From assembly GCA_028698185.1 (NCBI GenBank), contig JAQVDW010000024.1, positions 1 through 25,904 on the forward strand: a stretch of DNA of 25,904 nucleotides, written 5' to 3'. Of this stretch, positions 18,156 to 25,345 are shown in pieces; positions within the stretch are counted from its first letter, which is position 1, and each line of letters starts with the position of its first letter. Below the pieces are notes generated by a model. The model was not told the DNA's origin. It did no database searches and worked only from the letters and a program-made list of their open reading frames with translations. Position numbers and translations under genes: made by a program. Source of the DNA: Erysipelotrichaceae bacterium. GTDB taxonomy: Bacteria > Bacillota_I > Bacilli_A > Erysipelotrichales > Coprobacillaceae.

Positions 18156-19418
18156 ATGTCATTCACACTTAAAGATGTTGCCGCTTTGGACTCGTTCAAG
18201 AAAAGCAGCCTGCTTACCACCAATTGCAACCTTGATCGCGAGGTAAACTGGATCTACCTGGCCGAAACTTCGCCGAACTTGGAAAAGAACTTCTTCAAGA
18301 AAAATACCGAGGTCCTGTTTTTCTGTGTCGGCCATGGGGCGAGTCATAACTTCTTCACTCTGAAGGATCTCGTCGATGATGTCTACGAACTCAAAGCTGC
18401 CGGGCTGGTATTCTTTCTAGGCCGCTACATTTACGAAATCCCCGACGAGATTATCGCATACTGCGAATCGTTGAATCTACCCGTGTTCACTTTACCGTGG
18501 GAAGTAAGCTATATCGATGTCAACAAGGAACTTACCGAGCAACTGATAAAAAGGTCCCTTATTGAAAAAGGAACCCAGGATCTCATCCATAAGATTTTGT
18601 TTGAAGATGATGGTGATCGCAATGCCCTGGTGAAAATGGCTCAGGATAACCATATCAACCTCAAGACCAGCTACTTCGCCTATATCATATCCATCGACAA
18701 CTACGAGATCCTCACCTCCAGCATTCCCGAAGAAATTTTCGACGATATCAAAAGCAAACTTTACAACCTGGTCAAAAGCAACAGTGAACTGGGTCATTAC
18801 AGCGACATGGACATTCAAAACGAGGACCAGATAATCCTGATCATCAAAGATGTCGACAAAAACAAATTCATCGAAATCAATCAAGGTGATAACAACATCC
18901 TTAAAAAGCTGACCAGACAGATCAATGACTATATCAAAAACAAGAAGTATTATATGAAGCCGATTTCCCTGACCATCGGAATCGGCAACTCCACTACGGA
19001 CATCCTCTCGATCAAAAACAGCTACCTTGAGGGAGAGAAAGTCATCTCCGCCAGAAGAAGACAACTCCTGGTAGGAAAATGCATCTGTTATGACGATTTG
19101 GGGGTATACAAACTGCTTTTCATGATTGAAAACAGCGAAATAATCAACTCAGCTTATCCTGACAAGCTCAAGAAAATCCTGGAGTACGACAATGCCAACG
19201 ACTCCACCCTCATCCCAACATTGGAGAAATACCTCGAAAACCAAGGTAGCCTGATCATGACAGCCGAAGCCATGAACATCCATAAAAATACCGTAACTTA
19301 CCGCATCAACAAGATCAAGTCACTCCTGGACCTCGACATCACCAAACCAAAAAATATCCCCATCATCTTGATGGAGATAAAAGCAATCAGATTCATGACA
19401 TCGGATCACAATAGATAA
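18156..19418 (+). CDS. PucR-family transcriptional regulator
   Basis: C-terminal HTH 'LIPTLEKYLENQGSLIMTAEAMNIHKNTVTYRINKIKSLLDLDI'. The N-terminal region is PucR-like ('FTLKDVAALD...REVNWIYLAE'). It is divergent from the operon. Confidence 0.8.
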   Translation: MSFTLKDVAALDSFKKSSLLTTNCNLDREVNWIYLAETSPNLEKNFFKKNTEVLFFCVGHGASHNFFTLKDLVDDVYELKAAGLVFFLGRYIYEIPDEIIAYCESLNLPVFTLPWEVSYIDVNKELTEQLIKRSLIEKGTQDLIHKILFEDDGDRNALVKMAQDNHINLKTSYFAYIISIDNYEILTSSIPEEIFDDIKSKLYNLVKSNSELGHYSDMDIQNEDQIILIIKDVDKNKFIEINQGDNNILKKLTRQINDYIKNKKYYMKPISLTIGIGNSTTDILSIKNSYLEGEKVISARRRQLLVGKCICYDDLGVYKLLFMIENSEIINSAYPDKLKKILEYDNANDSTLIPTLEKYLENQGSLIMTAEAMNIHKNTVTYRINKIKSLLDLDITKPKNIPIILMEIKAIRFMTSDHNR

Positions 19419-19431
19419 TATAATAATATAA

Positions 19432-19471
19432 AAATCGATTACCTTACCATGATCGGGGCAATCGATTTTTT
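19432..19471. terminator. Bidirectional intrinsic terminator between convergent genes
   Basis: AAATCGATT...AATCGATTT forms a 9-bp stem followed by TTTTT on the plus strand. The minus-strand reading ends in TTTTTAT. Confidence 0.6.
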
Positions 19472-19577
19472 GTATTGAAGATAATGTATTGCACAACCCG
19501 ATCTACCGGAATTGATCAACTATGGCAATATAAAACCCAAAACAAAGTCGCTCATTTAAACGGTTAGAAAATTTCAG

Positions 19578-19739
19578 TTACCTTATTGAAAACCACTTAG
19601 ATTTGGAGATTGTCACCACTCCAAAACCCCAAACAGTGGTGATCAATCCTTTTACGACTGTTGCAGTCGTCCATTCCCAGATGAAATAGAACATAAAGAA
19701 AGATAGTACAATCAAAAAAATCTTCAATACCAATTTCAT
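19578..19739 (-). CDS. Small hydrophobic (two-TM) peptide, 53 aa, absent from the ORF track
   Basis: Hand translation: MKLVLKIFLIVLSFFMFYFIWEWTTATVVKGLITTVWGFGVVTISKSKWFSIR. GAGGG lies 5-6 nt before the ATG. The ORF starts 87 nt downstream of the helicase stop on the same strand. Confidence 0.4.
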   Translation of the reverse strand: MKLVLKIFLIVLSFFMFYFIWEWTTATVVKGLITTVWGFGVVTISKSKWFSIR

Positions 19740-19826
19740 ATAATCCCTCACCCTATTTTAATTTATTAGATATAATATCGCTTCATGACCAATAGCGCGC
19801 AAATTTTCTTATTGTTATCAAGCAAC

Positions 19827-22322
19827 TTATTGCCGCGACTGAACTTTTCTCGTGTATTTGCATCCAGTTTTCGAATAATTGGAGCAGCCAAAGAAATCAC
19901 CATATTTCCCCGAACGTTTCACCAATGGTGCTGAACATACAGGACAGGCAAACGCTTCTTTACGCATCTCCGTCTGGTATTTTTCCTTCAGCTCACCAGC
20001 AAAAATCGACAGGTTATTCTTTGCCGTAACCAGATAGACCTTTTTCCTAGCCCGGGTCATTGCCACATAGAACAGTCTTCGCTCCTCAGCAAATTTGTAG
20101 TTGTCTGCTTGTTCCAATAACAATTCGATCAATGGTGCATTTTGAACTTTGCTTGGAAATCCCATGCCCCGATTACGGTTGTTGATGATGAAGACATAAT
20201 CGCTTTGAAGACCTTTGGATCTATGGGCCGTATAAAAGCTCATATTCAGATCCTCACGACCAGTCATGGCTACTTTGATTGTCTTGGCCACATTGTCATA
20301 TCTTACATCAAGATTTGGATTCCCTCTTAGCATTTCGACATCAAATTGGTAGCGGCCGATAAAAAAAACTGTGCTATTCACTGGTAAATCCTTGATCTTT
20401 TCAACCATGAATTCAATCGCCAACGTTTCATTGTATCCTTCAATTTCCCCAAGAACAAGCTTTTCACTTTCAAGATTGGAATTTATTCTCTTGGATATCT
20501 GGTTGGGATTTTTGGTAATGAAGCCACTCGATATTTCAATCAGTCGCTGTGAAAATCGATAAGTTGTTTCGATTGTACTGATTTCACAGGCACCCCAATG
20601 CTTTTTGAAATTCAGGATATAGCCAATATCGCTGCCGGCGAAACGATAAATGCTTTGCCAATCATCCCCGACACAGAACAATTTATAATCACGTGATAAG
20701 CGCATTGCCTGAAGCAGCCGGTATTGGGCTTTGGAAATATCCTGGTATTCGTCAATAATGATATATTTGTATTGATGTTGATATTCCCCTTTGGTGACAT
20801 AACCAGTAGCCTTATTGATCATATCGCTAAAATCGATGGCGCCCTTATCTTTAAGCATTTTTTCATATGCAAAGAAGATTGGGGCAAACAATTCCACCAA
20901 CAAGCTTTGTCTACCAATTCTTTCTACCTCGCACAGTTTAATAAGGTCTTCAATTGAATATTGGTTGCTTTTTGTCAGCATCAAAATAGTTTGCAACAGT
21001 TCACTGAAATTTTGCAACTGCTGCATTTTAGTTGATTCCATCTCACCAAATAGTACGTCAAGATCCACTTCTTCTAGATCAACACCATGGCTGATTAGGT
21101 TATGAGCAAGGCTATCAATCAGTTTACCCTCCAGATGTTCATAGGCAAAACATTCAATCAGGGTTGTATCATTAGTCTCATGTATGTTTTTCTTCCATTC
21201 CATACTTTCCTGATATAATTCGGTAGCACTGCGACCATGCTTGCCTTCGAAGTATTCAGGAACTTCCCCATTTCTATTTATCCCATAATATTCAATATAG
21301 AAATTGTAATCTGGCAAGTAGAAATCCGGATGGTACTGACCATATTCCGCTGTGCGGGTATCGACACAATAACTGGCTTCATATTCGTAAATAATCCCAT
21401 GCTGATTAAGAAAATTGGCTATTTCCATTTCACCATAGCTTTTTACTCTCTCGTTTTTAATGGTGGTTGGTGGATTGACTTCAAGGTAATCCTGATATTC
21501 CTCAATAGAATTGAAATCAAATTCCGATTTTTCATTAACTTGTCCGAATAACAGGTAATGGATGAGCTTGTTTTTGTAATCGTCATCTTTTACACATTCC
21601 TTCAACTGCTCAAAAATAAATTTCAGGGTGCTTTCCTGGTATATCAACGGACTCTTTCCTTGGACTTTGCGGATAATATCCAGTCCCAACTTATGGAAAG
21701 TAGATACTGAAATATCTGCCAAAATCTCACTTGATAACCGGTCTTTCATTTCCTTGGCCGCTGCACTGGTAAATGACAATACCAGTATTTCTTTTTCATG
21801 GCAAGCTTTGGAATAGAGGAGATATTTCACTTTTCCAACAATAGTTGTCGTCTTGCCAGTACCAGCTCCCGCTAAAACCAAATGATTATCTGGGTCTTTG
21901 ACAATGGCCGCCATCTGATTATGATCCAGCGACCTTCCCTCGATGTTGCCGATGACTTCATAACCATGACTGATTTCTTGTTTCAACCGATTTTCATACT
22001 CTTTTTGCAGCAAACGAAAGTCATTGGTTCTCTTCGAATATTCAGCAACCAATTCCTGAAAACTTCTGGTCAAATTAAGATATTCCGGATAACTAACACA
22101 TTTACGGAAACTTCTTTCGTAGCGAAGCGATTTATCGGCCAAAACTTTGCAAATAGTCAATTGGCTTTCATAGCTGGCAATCCCATGGTCGATGAAGTTC
22201 TCGGCAATGTTGATCAGTTCTTGTTTCTCTGTAACTATTTCATTTTGTAAAAGCAAGCAGGCATTTTCCTGTTCTTGTTTTCGATCAACAAAATATTTAA
22301 TTATATTTACTATTAAATTCAC
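19827..22322 (-). CDS. SF1 UvrD/HelD(helicase IV)-like helicase with inserted endonuclease-like module and C-terminal topoisomerase-type zinc ribbon
   Basis: Helicase motifs 'LAGAGTGKTTT', 'IIIDEYQDIS', 'YTAHRSKGLQSDYVFI' and 'FYVAMTRARKKVYLV'. The insert reads 'EMEIANFLNQHGIIYEYE...YHPDFYLPDYNFYIEYYG'. The C-terminus reads 'CPVCSAPLVKRSGKYGDFFGCSNYSKTGC'. GTG start is 7 nt after GGAGG. Confidence 0.85.
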   Translation of the reverse strand: MNLIVNIIKYFVDRKQEQENACLLLQNEIVTEKQELINIAENFIDHGIASYESQLTICKVLADKSLRYERSFRKCVSYPEYLNLTRSFQELVAEYSKRTNDFRLLQKEYENRLKQEISHGYEVIGNIEGRSLDHNQMAAIVKDPDNHLVLAGAGTGKTTTIVGKVKYLLYSKACHEKEILVLSFTSAAAKEMKDRLSSEILADISVSTFHKLGLDIIRKVQGKSPLIYQESTLKFIFEQLKECVKDDDYKNKLIHYLLFGQVNEKSEFDFNSIEEYQDYLEVNPPTTIKNERVKSYGEMEIANFLNQHGIIYEYEASYCVDTRTAEYGQYHPDFYLPDYNFYIEYYGINRNGEVPEYFEGKHGRSATELYQESMEWKKNIHETNDTTLIECFAYEHLEGKLIDSLAHNLISHGVDLEEVDLDVLFGEMESTKMQQLQNFSELLQTILMLTKSNQYSIEDLIKLCEVERIGRQSLLVELFAPIFFAYEKMLKDKGAIDFSDMINKATGYVTKGEYQHQYKYIIIDEYQDISKAQYRLLQAMRLSRDYKLFCVGDDWQSIYRFAGSDIGYILNFKKHWGACEISTIETTYRFSQRLIEISSGFITKNPNQISKRINSNLESEKLVLGEIEGYNETLAIEFMVEKIKDLPVNSTVFFIGRYQFDVEMLRGNPNLDVRYDNVAKTIKVAMTGREDLNMSFYTAHRSKGLQSDYVFIINNRNRGMGFPSKVQNAPLIELLLEQADNYKFAEERRLFYVAMTRARKKVYLVTAKNNLSIFAGELKEKYQTEMRKEAFACPVCSAPLVKRSGKYGDFFGCSNYSKTGCKYTRKVQSRQ

Positions 22323-22335
22323 TTGGTCCCCTCCA

Positions 22336-22361
22336 GATAGTGTAAAATATTTTGTGTAAAT
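22336..22361. repeat. IS256-family left terminal inverted repeat
   Basis: GATAGTGTAAAATATTTTGTGTAAAT matches the reverse complement of the right end at 21 of 26 positions by hand alignment. Confidence 0.8.
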
Positions 22362-22445
22362 AGGATTTCAACTTTCAAGTAGAAAAAAGGGCGTAACCCT
22401 TGTAAAATTAGTTCTGCGAAAACAATTTACGAGAGGATTACACCC

Positions 22446-23645
22446 ATGAACTATTTTACAACAACTTTACTTAGAAGTCTAATATCAAATGATAATAATC
22501 TGCCTGCTTTTGAGCAAGTAGTTTCAGAACTTTTCCGGAGCGAATTGGAGAATGCCATCAACGATATTTTGAAGTCCGAACTTACCGTTTTTCTTGATTA
22601 CGAGAAATACGACCGATCTGAGAATTCAAATTCAAGAAATGGCTATTACAATCGCGATTACAACACCAAATATGGTGTGTTGAACTTGCGCATACCGCGT
22701 GACCGTCAAGGTGACTTTGATTCACCGCTGGTTCCTAAATATCAGCGAAACGATCTGGCTACCACCAACACTGTCATCGATCTATTTAATTCAGGAATGA
22801 CCAACAGTGACATTGTCAAAACTGTTGAATCCATCTATGGCAGGAAATACTCCAGACAGACTGTTTCCAATATCACCAAGGAAATAGTTGCCCATGTTGA
22901 AGCTTTTAAAAATCGCCCGTTAAACAAGCAATATGCAGTTGTTTATACCGATGCTACCGTCATCCCTTTGCGACGAGATACCGTGTCTAAAGAGGCTGTT
23001 CACATCGCTATAGGCGTAACTCTAGAGGGAACAAAGGAAATACTGGGATATTCAATTGCGCCAACCGAATCTGCGACAACATGGCGAGAATTGTTTGAAG
23101 AGTTCAAAAAACGCGGCATGGAAGAAGTTGCTTTGTTTTGCACTGACGGCCTAACCGGCGTTGAGAATGCCATTGAAGACACTTTTCCGATGGCCAAAAT
23201 TCAACGTTGCCTGGTGCATGTTTCAAGAAACATTGTCGCCAAAGCAAGAGTGAAAGAGCGCAGTGAGATTGCGCAGGATTTTAAACGCGTCTACAATTGC
23301 GAAACTGAAAAAGCAGCAAGTGAAGCGCTTAAGGAGTTCACAAGCAAGTGGGGTAAAAAATACCCAAAAGTGGCTAAATCCCTTGAAGAGAATTCGAACC
23401 TATTCACTTTCTATTTGTTCCCTGAATCAGTACGCAAGAGCATCTATACAACCAATCTGATTGAAGGGTTCAACAAACAGCTCAAGCGAAAAATCAAAGC
23501 TAAAGAACAATTTCCAAATGAGGAAGCAGCTGAGAAATACATCGTTTCGCAATTTGAGCAATATAACCAAAAATTCATGAACCATACCCACAAGGGCTTC
23601 AAAGGGATCTCATACGAGCGATGGTTCCTGCTGGGAGACAAATAG
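22446..23645 (+). CDS. IS256-family (Mutator-type) transposase
   Basis: 'NSRNGYYNRDYNTKYGVLNLRIPRDRQGDFDSPLVPKYQR' and 'CTDGLTGVENAIEDTFPMAKIQRCLVHVSRN' are canonical for the family. GAGAGGA RBS is present. Confidence 0.92.
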   Translation: MNYFTTTLLRSLISNDNNLPAFEQVVSELFRSELENAINDILKSELTVFLDYEKYDRSENSNSRNGYYNRDYNTKYGVLNLRIPRDRQGDFDSPLVPKYQRNDLATTNTVIDLFNSGMTNSDIVKTVESIYGRKYSRQTVSNITKEIVAHVEAFKNRPLNKQYAVVYTDATVIPLRRDTVSKEAVHIAIGVTLEGTKEILGYSIAPTESATTWRELFEEFKKRGMEEVALFCTDGLTGVENAIEDTFPMAKIQRCLVHVSRNIVAKARVKERSEIAQDFKRVYNCETEKAASEALKEFTSKWGKKYPKVAKSLEENSNLFTFYLFPESVRKSIYTTNLIEGFNKQLKRKIKAKEQFPNEEAAEKYIVSQFEQYNQKFMNHTHKGFKGISYERWFLLGDK

Positions 23646-23675
23646 TCAAGATCATCAGAAGAACTAATTTTACTA

Positions 23676-23701
23676 ATTTACACAAAAATATTGACACTAC
23701 C
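23676..23701. repeat. IS256-family right terminal inverted repeat
   Basis: The reverse complement reads GGTAGTGTCAATATTTTTGTGTAAAT. It pairs with 22336-22361. Confidence 0.8.
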
Positions 23702-24328
23702 TATTCGGCTGTTCACTAAGTAAGTGTCCTTAGGAAATGATGATACATCTATTTTTGAAACTTGAATAAGCTTGTTCCAGTCAATATCTTCAAACTTTTT
23801 AGTGTTACTACCACATTTGTGGCATTTATAAATTAGCTTAATATTACACCCGTCAACTATCTCTCTATTTGGAGAAGGGTTATAATAACCCTCTTTACCA
23901 TTTTGAGGATCGAACAAAACCTTTTTGATATAATTTTTTTCACCGCAACAGTCTGTTTCATACAAATACATTACTTTTTCTTTAACAGCATCTTCAATCT
24001 GTTTAAAATATGAAGCAAGTAATTTGTAATCAATTTTCTCAAACAATACTTTATCGATCGCATAAGTATAATTATCCAACTCAATTCCAAAAAATTTACG
24101 ATTTGTCCTTTGAGTTGCAATAATAGACATTCCAGTCCCTAGGAAAGGATCAAGAATAACGTCATTTTCATTTGTTAAAACTTCAAGTACTTTACATATT
24201 ATTTCAGGCGATTTCCTTCCTTTAAAAGTAAATGTTTCTTTAAATGATCGAGGAACACTGTTTTCTAAATTACTCAAGGCAACTGATATTTTGTCTGCAA
24301 TCTCAGCTGTTTGTATTTTTTTTTTCAT
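23678..24328 (-). pseudogene. DNA methyltransferase gene truncated at its 3' end by the IS
   Basis: SAM-binding module 'DVILDPFLGTGMSIIATQRTNRKFFGIELD', preceded by 'GRKSPEIICKVLEVL'. A Cys-containing TRD-like region follows. No (D/N/S)PP(Y/F) catalytic motif appears before the ORF runs into the IS end. The last 7 codons and the stop (23678-23701) are IS sequence. Confidence 0.55.
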
Positions 24329-24397
24329 TTATTCGTCTCACTTTCTAGTAATTCTAAAGGCTTTATAAACATGAAGTAGTAATCTTTTATTTTAGAT

Positions 24398-24467
24398 GAA
24401 TATTCCGGAGTCACAGAGCCACTTGTGTCCGGCCAATATAGCCATATTGTCCGTTAATGAGAGCCGG
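24398..24467. repeat. Left cluster of three ~22-bp sites
   Basis: The reverse complements read GTGGCTCTGTGACTCCGGAATA, ATGGCTATATTGGCCGGACA and GGCTCTCATTAACGGACAA. The GGCTCT-type cores end at 24420, 24443 and 24465. Confidence 0.6.
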
Positions 24468-24777
24468 ATCAATGAGAGAATATCCCAAATAATTTTATGT
24501 TTAGATCCACCTTCGTCGGCAGCTGCGCCTGGAATAAAGACGAATTGTTTTCATTGATCCAAAACATAATTAACCTAGTTAATTGATATGTAATTAAACG
24601 TTATTACAAGCAAAATATGGCTATTAAACCACTAATATTTAGAATATTATTGTACATTTAATCTATTAAAATACGATCAATACTTCGCTTCAACTGCATT
24701 GATTGTAGGTAAAATATAATTGCAAGAAGGCAACTTATACCGGATGAAAAAATGATGAACGAGCAAATGTTCTTGGC

Positions 24778-24846
24778 AAGGCTCTCTTAAGTGGACAAGG
24801 TGGCTCTCAACTCCGGACATAGTGGCTCTGAATTGTCGGAATACTC
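24778..24846. repeat. Right cluster of three ~22-bp sites
   Basis: GGCTCTCTTAAGTGGACAA, GTGGCTCTCAACTCCGGACA and GTGGCTCTGAATTGTCGGAATA. The GGCTCT cores start at 24780, 24802 and 24824, an exact 22-bp period. Confidence 0.6.
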
Positions 24847-24900
24847 ATGTAGAATCCAGGGCATTTTTTGATTGTTGCAGTCAATTGATGAGGTTAGTGT

Positions 24901-25209
24901 ATGATGTTAAATTTTAGCTGCGACTATGACGTGATTGTATGGCAGAATGATATCGAGGAAATCAGTATCAACGATATCCAGTGTGAATTCTCATTGAAAT
25001 ACAACGGAAATCAGATTACAGTGCTAATCGGTAAATCAAAATTGACCAACTGGCTTTGCGTTCCGTTAATGAAAATAGGTTTGGAATTATCATATTTTAA
25101 TGATGATTTTTGGAATCGTTCAAACCTTCTAAGGGAAACTGATCAGATTACAAGTGAGGCCCTCGCCCAAGCAATGAAGATATTATGGGAAAAGAAAATA
25201 ATCGTCTAG
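24901..25209 (+). CDS. Hypothetical protein (102 aa)
   Basis: The ORF has GAGG 7 nt upstream of the ATG. No motif was recognised. It is AT-rich like its neighbours. Confidence 0.45.
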   Translation: MMLNFSCDYDVIVWQNDIEEISINDIQCEFSLKYNGNQITVLIGKSKLTNWLCVPLMKIGLELSYFNDDFWNRSNLLRETDQITSEALAQAMKILWEKKIIV

Positions 25210-25236
25210 CGGCGATTATTTTTCATATACATCAGT

Positions 25237-25345
25237 GTTCAAATAATGTGACTATTACCGCCAAATAATTTCAAGGACAACTAAAAGAGATATAAATCAA
25301 CTTCAAATAATTTGAAGAATAGGTGCCCAAATAATGTGACTAGCT
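25237..25345. repeat. Four-copy CAAATAAT-core repeat array including a perfect 17-bp palindrome
   Basis: CAAATAATGTGACTA occurs at 25240-25254 and 25328-25342 (identical 15-mers). CAAATAATTTCAAG is at 25262. The palindrome CTTCAAAT-A-ATTTGAAG is at 25301-25317. Core starts are spaced 22, 42 and 24 bp apart. Confidence 0.6.

Larger units (their letters stand above)
22336..23701 (+). mobile_element. Complete IS256-family insertion sequence (about 1.37 kb)
   Basis: A single Mutator/IS256-type transposase gene is bounded by 26-bp imperfect terminal inverted repeats, plus a 14-bp subterminal inverted repeat (22402-22415 / 23660-23673). Confidence 0.85.
24396..24848. mobile_element. Gene-less element with mirrored triple repeats at both ends (non-autonomous transposon or iteron-flanked AT-rich region)
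   Basis: The termini are ATGA(A/G)TATTCCG in inverted orientation. Each end carries three ~22-bp related sites in mirrored order. The interior is AT-rich with no ORF. Confidence 0.35.

Noticed and set aside
631-22250. Many antisense or nested ORFs inside larger genes (e.g. 662..952, 8622..9143, 10785..11339, 14362..14709, 16305..16943, 18492..19064, 21882..22250)
   Set aside because: These are shadow ORFs opposite or within genes that carry clear family motifs. They have no independent RBS or motif support.
22328-23709. Search for an 8-9 bp target-site duplication flanking the IS
   Set aside because: None was found for any plausible end definition. I report this as a finding (possible rearrangement) rather than as a feature.
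24393-24853. TAGA on both flanks of the mirrored-repeat element as a possible target duplication
   Set aside because: The right-hand copy is offset by 1-3 nt from the symmetric terminus, and 4 bp of AT-rich sequence matches easily by chance.
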